Shown: piece after piece, positions 10,400 through 20,766 of the stretch | Position numbering within the stretch: the first letter of the stretch is position 1 | How the letters are laid out: every line of letters begins with the position of its first letter | From: an uncultured Pseudobdellovibrionaceae bacterium | GTDB lineage: Bacteria; Bdellovibrionota_B; Oligoflexia; Oligoflexales; Bog-1112 | Assembly: GCA_964611335.1 (NCBI GenBank) | Contig: CAZSXR010000003.1 | Coordinates: 461,265 to 525,264 of the forward strand | DNA length: 64,000 bases | Direction: 5' to 3' | Notes under the pieces: generated by a model | Told to the model about the DNA's origin: nothing | Databases searched by the model: none | What the model saw: only the letters and a program-made list of their open reading frames with translations | Translations under genes and position numbers: made by a program

Positions 10400-11596
10400 C
10401 TATTTTTTAATTTTATGTTTCTTCTGAAGTTTGCGTCTCTCGATTTCTTTCTTGATGGTCGAGAGTTCTCGTCCCATTTGACCTTGAACAGAAGTGTTCT
10501 CCTGAGATCTACGAATAAGATAGGGGATAGCGGAAACGACGGGACCGTAAGGTACATATTTTATAACACGGAATCCGCCTTTTGCGAGATTGAAAGTTAG
10601 TATGTCGCTCATTCCAAAAAGTTGAGAGAAAACTATGCGGGGATCGTTGCGTGAAAGCTCGGAATGCTCATCAACTTTTTTCACAAGATGCATAGTCGAT
10701 ATTTCATTATGTGTTCCGAGAAAAATGGAAATACGGTCAAGATGTTCCATACAGAAATCAATGCTAGCATTAAAATCTGCATCACAAGCTTCTTTCGTGG
10801 AATGAATAGGAGTGGGATAAGATTCTTTCTTAGCTCGCTCGTTTTCTTGTTCCATGTAAGCGCCTCTTACAAGTTTGAATCCGAGTTTAAAATTTTCAGC
10901 TTCCGCAATTTTATAGGTCTCTTTAATGAAATCTAAACGATCTTTTCTATACAACTGTGCTGTTTGGTAGATCACAGGTCTTTCTTTATTAAACTCACGC
11001 ATGAGTTCTAAAACCCACTGATCTATAGCTGTTTGGTACCAAGATTCCTCCGCATCAACCATAACGGAAAGTCCCAATTCTTGGGCTTTCACAACAATGC
11101 GTCGACCTCTTTTTTTACCGTTTTCGTAATCTCTTTTTTCTCTTTCTGTAAGATTTTGCCCTTTCGAAATTTTTTCAAGAACCTGTGATGACATAATACC
11201 TGTAGGCTTAAATACAGCAAAATGCTGTCCTGCTTCTTTGAGAAAAGTCAACGCGCTGAGAAGTTCTATACAACCCTTTTCTCGATTCTGCTCATTCTCA
11301 CTGGATTCGGCAGCATAGTCTAGCACAACATCCACATGAAAACGCTTGAGGTTTTCAATAAGTTTTTTGCAAGCTTCGAGAGTTTCTCCACCACAAAAAT
11401 GTGCGAAAAGCGTACGTCTCACAATCGGTGAAATGGGAAACTTATATTGAAAAGCCCACTGCAATGCGCGAGGACCCCACTTTGCAAGAAATGGTTTTTC
11501 TACAGTAGAAAAAAGCCAACATGCACGCATCATTGAATAGTCGTCAAGGTATTCATAAGCATATTCTGTGTTTGAAAAATCTATAGTTTTTAGCAT
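10400..11596 (-). CDS. Proline dehydrogenase (monofunctional PutA-type)
   Basis: LVRGAYMEQE, GTHNEIS, FSQLFGMSD and KYVPYGPVVSAIPYLIRRSQENTSV are hallmark ProDH barrel motifs. Confidence 0.85.
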   Translation of the reverse strand: MLKTIDFSNTEYAYEYLDDYSMMRACWLFSTVEKPFLAKWGPRALQWAFQYKFPISPIVRRTLFAHFCGGETLEACKKLIENLKRFHVDVVLDYAAESSENEQNREKGCIELLSALTFLKEAGQHFAVFKPTGIMSSQVLEKISKGQNLTEREKRDYENGKKRGRRIVVKAQELGLSVMVDAEESWYQTAIDQWVLELMREFNKERPVIYQTAQLYRKDRLDFIKETYKIAEAENFKLGFKLVRGAYMEQENERAKKESYPTPIHSTKEACDADFNASIDFCMEHLDRISIFLGTHNEISTMHLVKKVDEHSELSRNDPRIVFSQLFGMSDILTFNLAKGGFRVIKYVPYGPVVSAIPYLIRRSQENTSVQGQMGRELSTIKKEIERRKLQKKHKIKK

Positions 11597-12216
11597 CGTC
11601 TTTCATTCCATGGCTTGTATAATTCGTGTTTAAAACCCATCGTCTCAAGCACCTTTCCCGTCATAAAATCCACAAGATCGTCAATGGTCTTGGGATGTTG
11701 GTAAAACGGAGGAGCTAGAGGAATCACCTTAACTCCCATGCGGGCAAGCTCAAGCATATTTTCTAAATGCAAGACGCTCAAAGGAGATTCTCGAGGGCAT
11801 ATAATCAATTGTTTGGATTCTTTGAGAACTACATCGGCAGCACGTTCTATAAGCGTTTGCGAAATTCCCAAACGCACTCGTGCTAGTGATCCCATCGAAC
11901 AGGGTGTGATGACCATCACATCAGGTGCAGATGATCCGCTCGCAACTGGTGCATAAAAATCATCGTTTGAGAACACTCGAAGCTTCTCTGCAAATTCTCC
12001 TTGGTATTCGTTTTTCAAAATCTTAACGAGAGCAGAACTGCTTGGCAATTCGTAAGGAACAACGCTTGCACCCGTGAGACTTGCAACAACATAAACTCGC
12101 GAAACACGAGGAAGCAGCTCAAGTATTAATCTTTCAGCATACAGCGCGCCGGAAGCTCCTGTAATTGCGATGAGAATTTTAGAAGGCATTGAAATTCTTT
12201 CTAGAGTCATTTCCAA
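11590..12216 (-). CDS. ubiX: Flavin prenyltransferase UbiX
   Basis: ILIAITGASGALYAERL, ITPCSMGSLARV, RAADVVLKE, RESPLSVLHLENM. An alternative start at M10 (12189) is possible. Confidence 0.88.
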   Translation of the reverse strand: MEMTLERISMPSKILIAITGASGALYAERLILELLPRVSRVYVVASLTGASVVPYELPSSSALVKILKNEYQGEFAEKLRVFSNDDFYAPVASGSSAPDVMVITPCSMGSLARVRLGISQTLIERAADVVLKESKQLIICPRESPLSVLHLENMLELARMGVKVIPLAPPFYQHPKTIDDLVDFMTGKVLETMGFKHELYKPWNERRC

Positions 12217-13877
12217 AGATCAGGCATAGACATTCGTTTGGGTTTCAAAATTGAGTTGACATCTTTTTGTGTTCCTTCTTTCAATTCTATGTGTTCTGAT
12301 TGAAAACTCTCTTTTTTCAAAACTTCAAGAGGCAATCCCACATCGCGAAAAGCATAGATCAAAGATTTTTCTTGCTTTGTTGCAAATACGAAGGTCTCTC
12401 CATAATTAGCTTCAAAAGCAAGAGCTTTTGCAAAACCGGATTGATGTATCAAAGACCCTACATGGTCTTCCCACCCCTTATTCCCAGCGCTAAAAATAGG
12501 TATATCCATCACCAGAAATCCATTTGCATTCAAGTGTTTTCCTATATCTTTAAGAAATTCCTTGCTGTAAAGACGCAATCCTTCAAAGGTATAGGGATAA
12601 GGAAAATCAATGTAAATTGCATCGAAACTCTCATGACTGCTTCGCAACCATGTAAACGCATCCGCGATGTGAATATTCACGAGCCGATGATTTAAGGAAT
12701 TAGCATTAAGAGTAGAAAAAGGCAAAGAGTTCCCAAGTTCAATCATCTCTTTGTCGATTTCAACCAAATCAATTCGGCGAATGCGATCACCATATTTCAC
12801 AAGCTCTCTCGCAAGCAATCCATCTCCGCCACCCATAATGAGAATGCGCCGTGGAATATCTCCACTTAACATGATCGGAGCATGTGCAAGTGTTTCATGA
12901 TAGAAACGCTCTGTCTGTGATGAAAATTGAAAGTGACCATCTAAAAAAAGTTTCCATTCTTTCTTCTCAGAATCTTGCACCACATCCATCACCTGATAAG
13001 AACTTAAACGACGTTCTACAGGCGGAAGTTCTTTCGCCCACTTATGCAGTTTGTGGAGAGATACAGGACCATTCTGTTCGAAATTTCCATCTTTAAAAAT
13101 CACAGACATGGAATTGTAATAGAAATTTTTTATTTGTAAGTCTTTTAGTGATGTCCACCCTTGCTGCACACTTGCAAAAAATAACAGGAATAGAAATCCG
13201 ACTGTAGTTTTTTTCATCACACTTGCATGCATGGCATTTAAACACCAGAAGACAACAACACCATTGCAGAAGGATGCCATGCAAATCAGTTGAAAGGTGT
13301 CTATATGTTTATATAAGCAAAAAGCAAAAGACAAAGAAGCAAGTAAAGCGCCCAAGTGGTAGAGAACTAAAATGAAATAAGAGTGTTGATTAGAAATATT
13401 TTTTTCTTGAGAAGATAGCTCAAAAAGGCTTTGCAGTTCTAATCCCGATAAAAATCCAATGACTATGTTAGGAGCTTGGCAACTTAAAAGAACCCAATTG
13501 AGAGGTTTTAAAAACGCTGAATGAGGTCTGTAGTCCACTATATAAATGCGGTATGTGATATGAAGGAAAAAGATTAGAGGAAGAGTTAAAAGTCCTACTA
13601 TTGCGAGAAGGATTTCACTTTCAAAAAAAAAGGTAAGTGTATTTTTTTTTAATGAGAGATGCTTGTATAAGAAGAGACCTGCACCCGTAGCTGCAATAAA
13701 AAACCCAAGAGAAAGGCTTTCCCACAGAACGACTTCATCGCTCAGAAAGGAAAGCGTTTGTGCAAGAACCAATTCGTAAGACATGCTTGCAAAAGAAGTA
13801 AGAAGTGCAAGTAAAGCTAGGGTGTATGTATTAACCAAAGACGTACTCCACAAGAAGCTTTCTGAGTGAAGCTTCAT
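12207..13877 (-). CDS. Membrane-anchored spermidine synthase-like aminopropyltransferase (N-terminal polytopic domain plus SpeE-type MTase fold)
   Basis: C-terminal ILIMGGGDGLLARELVKY...VEIDKEMIEL...DAIYIDFPYP is the spermidine synthase fold. The N-terminal ~230 aa is multi-TM. The start is uncertain: ATG 13877 or the internal TTG 13838. Confidence 0.72.
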   Translation of the reverse strand: MKLHSESFLWSTSLVNTYTLALLALLTSFASMSYELVLAQTLSFLSDEVVLWESLSLGFFIAATGAGLFLYKHLSLKKNTLTFFFESEILLAIVGLLTLPLIFFLHITYRIYIVDYRPHSAFLKPLNWVLLSCQAPNIVIGFLSGLELQSLFELSSQEKNISNQHSYFILVLYHLGALLASLSFAFCLYKHIDTFQLICMASFCNGVVVFWCLNAMHASVMKKTTVGFLFLLFFASVQQGWTSLKDLQIKNFYYNSMSVIFKDGNFEQNGPVSLHKLHKWAKELPPVERRLSSYQVMDVVQDSEKKEWKLFLDGHFQFSSQTERFYHETLAHAPIMLSGDIPRRILIMGGGDGLLARELVKYGDRIRRIDLVEIDKEMIELGNSLPFSTLNANSLNHRLVNIHIADAFTWLRSSHESFDAIYIDFPYPYTFEGLRLYSKEFLKDIGKHLNANGFLVMDIPIFSAGNKGWEDHVGSLIHQSGFAKALAFEANYGETFVFATKQEKSLIYAFRDVGLPLEVLKKESFQSEHIELKEGTQKDVNSILKPKRMSMPDLWK

Positions 13878-14529
13878 AAAAAATAAGAGAAACGGAGATA
13901 AAGATCAGACCTGCGCATGTATAAAAATAAAAGTGTCTGCGAATATCTTTATAAATAAGAAGTATAAAGAGCGCGACGACGGCATTCAGCGCTCCTATGA
14001 GTGCTGCCCCTGCTACCAATCCTAAATACTCATAAATAAAGAGTGGAAAAGCAATGGCTCCTAAAAAAGTACCGATGTAATCGCTTGCAAGAATTTTTTG
14101 TGCTCCACTTTCTTCTTCTCTTTCTCTTCCCAACTCCATGAGTATGGGGACTTCTGCTCCACTGAGGAGTCCTATGAAAATAATTACTGAATGTGTAAAA
14201 ATCCACGAAGCCAAGGTGGAATGTAGTTGAGCTCTTAGAAACTGTTCACCTCCGAGCATAAGAAAGGGAAGTAAAAGTCCGAAGAGAGCGAGTATCATTT
14301 CGATATAGAAAAGAACTTGAGGATTTTTTTTTGATTTTGAAAACGCAAAGACAAGGGCACCCATTCCGAGAGAGAAGAGGTAGAGTCCTATGGTAATGGA
14401 GTAGCGAAGAACTGTATTTCCTAGTACTATAGAGAGGCACTGAGCGAGCATGAGTTCATAGACAATGCTACAGAAGGAAACGATAAGGGTGAGTGCTAGG
14501 AGAATATTCAAAGTAGCCCTCTTGATCAA
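13831..14529 (-). CDS. Polytopic membrane protein paralogous to the N-terminal domain of the adjacent spermidine synthase-like protein
   Basis: 232 aa, about 7 TM. SIVYELMLAQCLSIVLGNTVL aligns with SMSYELVLAQTLSFLSDEVVL of the downstream gene. It overlaps that gene. Confidence 0.55.
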   Translation of the reverse strand: MIKRATLNILLALTLIVSFCSIVYELMLAQCLSIVLGNTVLRYSITIGLYLFSLGMGALVFAFSKSKKNPQVLFYIEMILALFGLLLPFLMLGGEQFLRAQLHSTLASWIFTHSVIIFIGLLSGAEVPILMELGREREEESGAQKILASDYIGTFLGAIAFPLFIYEYLGLVAGAALIGALNAVVALFILLIYKDIRRHFYFYTCAGLIFISVSLIFYEASLRKLLVEYVFG

Positions 14530-14600
14530 TTCTGGTTTTGATACTATACATAGTCCTTCATATGTTTTTTTTTATCCACGAAATTTTTTAGGGAGATCCT

Positions 14601-15428
14601 ATGATAAAAATTTTTACTTTTTTCCCTCTTTTTTTAAGCGGCGTTCTTAATGCCCAGACGGCCGTAGTTAGCAGCCAAAGCCCGAAGGCGGAAGAATTTC
14701 TCTTGGAGTCCACTTTACGTAAGATCAAAATCACAAATGAATCCGGAAATGTTGAAATTGTTTCAGGCCCTGCAAATGTCTACAAAATTGAGTATACAAA
14801 AAAAGATCTAGAAACTTTTCAAAAGCATTGTCGCATAGATATCGTGAAGATTCGTAATAAAGTCCATGTGCGCAGTGAGAAGCTTATCAAAAAAAGTGGA
14901 CAGAATTGCGCCGTAGACTTGAAAATTATTTCTGAGAAAGATGATGACATCGAAATTTCTAATGGAAGTGGAAATGTAAAATTCTCGGGGGAGATTCAGG
15001 ATCTTGAGATTAAATTAGGATCAGGAAATTTTGAGGGAAAGGGTACTATCAGCAAGGCTGAAGTAACTTTAGGGAGTGGAAATTTCAAGTTGGAATCTCC
15101 CCTTATGGGAAACCTTAAATTGGAATTGGGTTCAGGCAATGCAGATTTGGATCTCGCATCCATGGTTGACAAATCAAAGATGAAAATACGCTCAGGCTCT
15201 GGAAATATTCATTTTCGTGCAAAGACTTTAGCAGCGTACGCAGAGTTGGATTTTAAAGCAGGTGCAGGAAATATTGACATCAAAGTTCCTCAGAGCGCAG
15301 TCTTTGAAAGCAAACTGCGCTCTGGTATGGGCCATGTGAAGTCAGATTTTGCAAGCACTCCGAACTCTCACGTTCGTATTGAAGCGAATGCGGGAGTGGG
15401 TAACGTGACTTTGAAAAAAGCCTTTTAG
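14601..15428 (+). CDS. Secreted DUF4097-like repeat protein (putative adhesin/beta-helix)
   Basis: Signal peptide MIKIFTFFPLFLSGVLNA. Seven periodic G(S/A)GN motifs (NGSGNVKF, LGSGNFEG, LGSGNFKL, LGSGNADL, SGSGNIHF, GAGNIDI, GVGNVTL). Confidence 0.55.
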   Translation: MIKIFTFFPLFLSGVLNAQTAVVSSQSPKAEEFLLESTLRKIKITNESGNVEIVSGPANVYKIEYTKKDLETFQKHCRIDIVKIRNKVHVRSEKLIKKSGQNCAVDLKIISEKDDDIEISNGSGNVKFSGEIQDLEIKLGSGNFEGKGTISKAEVTLGSGNFKLESPLMGNLKLELGSGNADLDLASMVDKSKMKIRSGSGNIHFRAKTLAAYAELDFKAGAGNIDIKVPQSAVFESKLRSGMGHVKSDFASTPNSHVRIEANAGVGNVTLKKAF

Positions 15429-17737
15429 GCCTCAGTCCAGTCGATTTTACGCACTTCAACATTAGCTCTGCGAGAAACAAAGTCATAGCGACCTGTCGTC
15501 GCATCTAGAAGTTCTATACGTTTGGAAAACGGATCTTTTTTGACAGAGTCAAAACATTCGACAGTCAAAATAAGATTTTTAGTGAGGAACTTCAAATCGA
15601 GTAAGTCAGGAGAGAAGTGATAATTCCAATCGAAAGGAATGACTTCATAACTTCCTGATGCATAGACTGCAATCAATTGTTCTTCACCAGAATATTTTCC
15701 AAGATAAACACCTTCGCCTTCTCCGTTGAGCTGGTTTTTCTTACGATCGAACCATACTCTTTGCGCTTGCAGAGTCGAGGCTCCTACCAAAAGACGGGTT
15801 ACGGCTTCCACTTTGTTCTGAGTGATCTCCGTTCCCACTAGCTGCCTTGATTTCAAAGCAATCTGACTGAAATCGAGATCTATTTTTGAAGCACCTTTCA
15901 GCAGAGAATTGCCTTTTAATGTTAGGCGAACTTTTTCCTGTTCCCCATTAGGATGAACGCTGAAATACAAAATACGACTGCCTTTAGTCCCTTTAGTCAG
16001 ATCATACATCTTATTGCGGATATACGAAGTGAAATGAAAGCGTTTTGCAAAGGTAGAACCGTCTTTACCATCTCTGTACAAGAGGTGATAGACAACACGC
16101 TCGTTGTTTTGAAATAGACCTGCGTATAAAACATTTTTTCCAACAAACATTTTATCGCAAACGCGATGCACCATCAGAGTTCCATCTTCTGCAAGCGTCA
16201 GCATTTCCGAAAATTCGGAAGCCATTCCAAGGCTTTCACATGCCTTGAGAGAGCTCCCTACGAAGCCTTCTTTTCTATCGAGGAAAACTTCAATGTTAGA
16301 AACTGCTGCTTTCGAAACAGAAACAGGAGCAAAAGAACTGATTTCTGTTTTACGGGGAAACAGTTTGCCATATTTTTTAAGCATCTCTTTAAAATATGTG
16401 ATGCAGTAAGCTGTCAAGTTCGAAAGATGCCCTTCGACTTCTGCTAGTTTCTTACGAAGCTCCGCAACGTTTTCTTCCGTTTTTGTAAGGTCATATTTTG
16501 CAATGCGTTTGATGCGAAGTTCTAAAAGTTTTTCGAGATCTTCTCTCGTCGCTTCTCGGAAAAGTTCTGCTTTATGAGCTTTGAAAGCTTTCTCTGTAAT
16601 AGAAAGTACAGATTCCCAATTTTCTGCACCTTCGATCTTTCTGTAAAGCCTCTGTTCTACGAAAATCTTTTCAAGCAAAGCCATGTGCAACTTGTCCTGA
16701 ATCACCTGTCTGTCATACTCTAAACTTTTTTTCAGAAGTTCTTTGGTTCTGTTGGTAGAACGAATGAGAAGCTCACTGATTCCGCAAAAAAGAGGTTTAT
16801 TCTGTGCAATTACACAACAGTTTGGAGTCAGTGAAACTTCACAATCTGTGAAAGCATATAAACCTGCAATAACCTGATCAGGTGAGGCTCCTGGATGCAG
16901 ATGTACGAGTATTTCGATGTCTTGTGCCGTGTTGTCTTCAATCTTCTTAATTTTGACAACACCCTTGTCATTCGCAGCGAGAATAGAATCAATAAGACTG
17001 CTTGTCGTTGTACCAAAGGGGATTTCACGTATGCACAATTGCCGACTGTTTGTAACCTCAATTTTCGCGCGGACTTTGATTTTAGAACCTTTGCGACCAT
17101 CGAGGTATTCGCTGTAGTCTGCAATCCCACCACCTGGGAAATCTGGGATCAATTGTGGTTTGTGTCCACGAAGTACTGCTATCGATTCTTTAATCAATTC
17201 ACAGAAATTGTGTGGAAGTATTTTGGTTGCAAGTCCTACAGCAATTCCTTCTGCTCCTAAAAATAAAAGCAAAGGAAAACGTGCAGGAAGAACCATGGGC
17301 TCTTTTGCTCGTCCATCATAAGAGGCTTGCCAGTCTGTGATAGCGCTGTGGAAAAGAACATCTTTTGCAAAAGGAGTAAGACGTGCTTCGATGTAACGAG
17401 GAGCCGCAGCCTGGTCGCCTGTAAGAGCATTTCCCCAGTTTCCTTGGGTCTCAATTAAAAGACCTTTTTGTGCAAGGTTTACAAGGGCTGCGGAGATTGC
17501 CATGTCTCCGTGTGGGTGAAAGCGCATCGTCTGACCGATGACGTTTGCAGCTTTGTTAAAACGTCCATCATCCATTTCATAAAGCGCATGCAGAAGTCTG
17601 CGTTGTACGGGTTTTAATCCATCGTCAACTTCAGGAATAGCTCTATCGAGAATTACATAACTTGCATAATCTAAAAACCACTCGCGATACATTGCATCGA
17701 CGTCGGGTGTTAAATGCTGTTGTAGATCGTCACCCAT
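15425..17737 (-). CDS. parC: DNA topoisomerase IV subunit A
   Basis: DGLKPVQRRLLHA, HPHGD, and the catalytic-Tyr motif AAPRYIEARL. It is 770 aa and lies immediately downstream of a ParE-sized GyrB-family gene. Confidence 0.82.
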   Translation of the reverse strand: MGDDLQQHLTPDVDAMYREWFLDYASYVILDRAIPEVDDGLKPVQRRLLHALYEMDDGRFNKAANVIGQTMRFHPHGDMAISAALVNLAQKGLLIETQGNWGNALTGDQAAAPRYIEARLTPFAKDVLFHSAITDWQASYDGRAKEPMVLPARFPLLLFLGAEGIAVGLATKILPHNFCELIKESIAVLRGHKPQLIPDFPGGGIADYSEYLDGRKGSKIKVRAKIEVTNSRQLCIREIPFGTTTSSLIDSILAANDKGVVKIKKIEDNTAQDIEILVHLHPGASPDQVIAGLYAFTDCEVSLTPNCCVIAQNKPLFCGISELLIRSTNRTKELLKKSLEYDRQVIQDKLHMALLEKIFVEQRLYRKIEGAENWESVLSITEKAFKAHKAELFREATREDLEKLLELRIKRIAKYDLTKTEENVAELRKKLAEVEGHLSNLTAYCITYFKEMLKKYGKLFPRKTEISSFAPVSVSKAAVSNIEVFLDRKEGFVGSSLKACESLGMASEFSEMLTLAEDGTLMVHRVCDKMFVGKNVLYAGLFQNNERVVYHLLYRDGKDGSTFAKRFHFTSYIRNKMYDLTKGTKGSRILYFSVHPNGEQEKVRLTLKGNSLLKGASKIDLDFSQIALKSRQLVGTEITQNKVEAVTRLLVGASTLQAQRVWFDRKKNQLNGEGEGVYLGKYSGEEQLIAVYASGSYEVIPFDWNYHFSPDLLDLKFLTKNLILTVECFDSVKKDPFSKRIELLDATTGRYDFVSRRANVEVRKIDWTEA

Positions 17738-17740
17738 ATT

Positions 17741-19564
17741 TTACCTCAAATTTTCCATGATGAAATCTTGTCGCGTTTGTGTGTTTTTACCCATGTAGAA
17801 TTTTAGTAGCTCACTTACACGCGTTTTTTTCTGTAAATGTACAGGTTCCAATTTCATAGCTTTGCCAATGAACTGACCAAACTCATCGGGAGAAATTTCA
17901 CCAAGCCCTTTAAATCGTGTGATCTCAGGATTGTTTCCCAATACTGCGATAGCTTTTTGTTTTTCTGCCTCGTCATAACAGTAAAAAGTCTTCGCTTTGT
18001 TGCGCACTCTAAACAGAGGTGTTTTCAAAATATAAACATGTCCCCGTTGCACCAATTCAGGAAAGAATTGAAGGAAAAATGTAAGCAGAAGAAGACGTAT
18101 GTGCATACCATCTTCGTCTGCATCGGTTGCAACAACAACACGGTTGTAACGCAGCTCGTCGAGAGACTCTTCGATGGAAAGAGCATGTTGTAAGAGATTA
18201 AATTCTTCATTTTCATAAACAATTTTTTTAGAAAGGCCAAAACAGTTAAGTGGCTTTCCTCTCAATGCGAATACAGCTTGTGTCATTACATCGCGAGATT
18301 TTGTTAGCGAACCGCTGGCACTGTCCCCTTCGGTAATGAAAAGAGTAGAATTCAATCGGTTGCTGTGTTTGGAATCCAAATGTGTTCTGCAATCTCTCAA
18401 TTTTTTGTTGAAGATATTCGCTTTTTTTGCACGTTCATTTGCGAGTTTTTTAATACCAGCAATCTCTTTGCGTTCGCGTTCGGACTGTTGAATTTTCTTC
18501 AATAAAACATCACGAACCTGTGGAGATCTATGCAAATAGTTGTCGAGTTCTTTCTTCAAAAAGTCCATGACGAAGCTGCGAATGCTAGGACCTTGTGGAG
18601 ACATTTCGGAAGAACCTAATTTTGTCTTTGTTTGAGATTCAAAAACAGGTTCTACAACACGAATGCTCACAGCCAGAATAAGTCCTGAGCGAACGTCTAC
18701 AGCTTGTAAGTCTTTTTGATAGTGGTCTTTAAGTGTTTTAACAATGCCTTCACGAACAGCAGCTAGATGTGTTCCTCCTTGGGTTGTGTTGGCACCGTTT
18801 GCGAAAGAGTATTGGCTTTCACCATATTGATTTCCGTGTGTGAAAGCGATTTCGAGATCTTTGCTCACAAGATGAATGATGGGGTAGCAAATTTCTTCAG
18901 AGTTCACACAGGAATTTAGTAAGTCCAAAAGACCATTTTGTGAGACGAATGTTTCACCATTGTAAATAATTTTTAATCCACGATTGAGATAGGTGTAGTT
19001 GCGAACCATCTCAAGAAGGTATTCATTCAAGAAGGAAAAATTAGGAAAAATGCTTGTATCTGGTTCGAATACGATTTCTGTTCCGTCAGCTTCTTTCGTG
19101 TCACGGATTTTGTATTCTTTGACAAGATTGCCTTTTGAAAATTCAGCTTCTTTGACCTTCCCTTCTCGGAAAGATCGTACTTGAAAAACGTCCGAGAGAG
19201 CGTTGACAGCCTTGGAACCAACACCGTTCAAACCAACGGACTTTTGAAAAGCTTGAGAGTCATACTTCCCACCTGTGTTGATTTTAGAAACACAGTCAAT
19301 AACTTTACCCAGCGGAATGCCTCGGCCAAAGTCTCGCACACGAACGCGGCGGTTTTCTATTTGTATGTGGATTTCTTTGCCGAACCCCATGGTGTATTCG
19401 TCGATGGTATTATCGACAATTTCTTTGACGAGGATATAGATGCCGTCATCTGCAGCGCTGCCATCACCGAGTTTGCCTATATACATACCAGGACGCAGGC
19501 GTATGTGTTCGCGCCAATCTAGGGAGCGAATATGTTCTTCAGAGTAGTTTGTTGCTTTAGCCAT
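17741..19564 (-). CDS. parE: DNA topoisomerase IV subunit B
   Basis: GHKL ATPase motifs ([15 protein letters not shown]), TOPRIM EGDSA and DADEDGMHI. At 607 aa it is ParE-sized rather than GyrB-sized. Confidence 0.85.
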   Translation of the reverse strand: MAKATNYSEEHIRSLDWREHIRLRPGMYIGKLGDGSAADDGIYILVKEIVDNTIDEYTMGFGKEIHIQIENRRVRVRDFGRGIPLGKVIDCVSKINTGGKYDSQAFQKSVGLNGVGSKAVNALSDVFQVRSFREGKVKEAEFSKGNLVKEYKIRDTKEADGTEIVFEPDTSIFPNFSFLNEYLLEMVRNYTYLNRGLKIIYNGETFVSQNGLLDLLNSCVNSEEICYPIIHLVSKDLEIAFTHGNQYGESQYSFANGANTTQGGTHLAAVREGIVKTLKDHYQKDLQAVDVRSGLILAVSIRVVEPVFESQTKTKLGSSEMSPQGPSIRSFVMDFLKKELDNYLHRSPQVRDVLLKKIQQSERERKEIAGIKKLANERAKKANIFNKKLRDCRTHLDSKHSNRLNSTLFITEGDSASGSLTKSRDVMTQAVFALRGKPLNCFGLSKKIVYENEEFNLLQHALSIEESLDELRYNRVVVATDADEDGMHIRLLLLTFFLQFFPELVQRGHVYILKTPLFRVRNKAKTFYCYDEAEKQKAIAVLGNNPEITRFKGLGEISPDEFGQFIGKAMKLEPVHLQKKTRVSELLKFYMGKNTQTRQDFIMENLR

Positions 19565-19758
19565 TCGGAATTATGTCCTCCTATGTGAGCTTCTCTATGG
19601 GGAGGGAACTAGCTCCCCCTTTTTATCTTAAATCAGTAGAATGGAATGTATACAGACACTTCCATCATCAAATTTTGGGAAAGAGCTTTTATATAGCAGA
19701 AAAGCTGGGATTCGACGAAGGAATTTGCTCAGCATCTTAAAATAAACAGGGGATTTCC

Positions 19759-20766
19759 ATGGAAAAACTGAAGGTTGTTTTAAAAAGAGCCCTCGGAGAT
19801 GGGGCAACTCAGGTCAATCTGCGTACAGGGGAAAAGGCAACTATGTTGCTGAAATATCAGAGCATAGCTCTTCCTGAATTTGGAAAGATCGAACAGTCTT
19901 GGATCGAGGGCTTGTATAAAACTCTATTTCCACGGGACGGCCTTGCTATTTTGTCACAGCAGGTGCTACGCAGTCACTTTAGCATTGTAAATGTTGGAAA
20001 GGTTCACGTAGTTGCAGATCCTCGGCCACCGAAGTCGTTGTACTTATTTTTTCCTCCTAATGGTGAATTTTTGAGCCAAGACTATGTAGTAAGTCTGACT
20101 TCAACCTCAACGATCCAAGCACCTCCTCCGCCACCGCCTCCTCCTCAAGCGAGTCAAGCTCAGACAAAAACTGTACAAGCACCCCCATCTGCCCCTTCTG
20201 AAAGCGATGCTGCAACAACTCAAGTTTACAAAACATCAACGGTGCAAGCGCAAGCAACAAAACCGACATCAGCGACCAAACCAACGATGGCAACGCAGAC
20301 TCGAACACAGTTCTCATCCACTTCTGCTTCTCTTCCAGATGAAATTTTCGAGAACAAAAACAAATTGGGTCTGATTTTTACAAACAACACATCTATAGTT
20401 CCTCAGATTAAAATTGTTTTTTCATCGATGCAGGTTCACCCCTTTTCATCCGAAGATGCTGAGCAATGTATGAATATTATCGAAAGGGTTACTCCTTCTT
20501 TGGTCTTTATAGATGATAGTCACCCGAAATTTTCACAAGTATTTAAAATGCTCTATGATCTCGATATTTCAAGAAGATCTTTGATGACGCTTCTGATGCT
20601 CAGTAAAACTTATAAGTCTAGAGACTCAAAAAGTGCTTTTGTTACGAGTGTAGATGGGATTGTGAATGTGGAAAATCTGCATGAGTTAGAAAGTATCGCA
20701 GACAAAGCGCATAAAGAACGAACGGAAATTTTTCGAATTTGGTTAGATTTGGCATCAAAAATCTAA
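19759..20766 (+). CDS. Hypothetical protein: PilT-N-terminal-like domain, Pro/Thr/Gln-rich linker, C-terminal alpha/beta domain
   Basis: 335-aa ORF. GDGATQVNLRTGEKATMLL resembles the GASDLHL...P.IR region of the neighbouring PilT. It has a PPPPPPPPQ run and ATKPTSATKPTMATQT low complexity. Confidence 0.45.
   Translation: MEKLKVVLKRALGDGATQVNLRTGEKATMLLKYQSIALPEFGKIEQSWIEGLYKTLFPRDGLAILSQQVLRSHFSIVNVGKVHVVADPRPPKSLYLFFPPNGEFLSQDYVVSLTSTSTIQAPPPPPPPPQASQAQTKTVQAPPSAPSESDAATTQVYKTSTVQAQATKPTSATKPTMATQTRTQFSSTSASLPDEIFENKNKLGLIFTNNTSIVPQIKIVFSSMQVHPFSSEDAEQCMNIIERVTPSLVFIDDSHPKFSQVFKMLYDLDISRRSLMTLLMLSKTYKSRDSKSAFVTSVDGIVNVENLHELESIADKAHKERTEIFRIWLDLASKI

Noticed and set aside
19599-19626. A GC-rich hairpin (GGGGAG/CTCCCC) followed by CTTTTTATC, which looks like a plus-strand terminator
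   Set aside because: No plus-strand gene ends upstream; the region is antisense to parE. It lies in the parE 5' leader. The stem is only 6 bp, so it is not reported as a feature.
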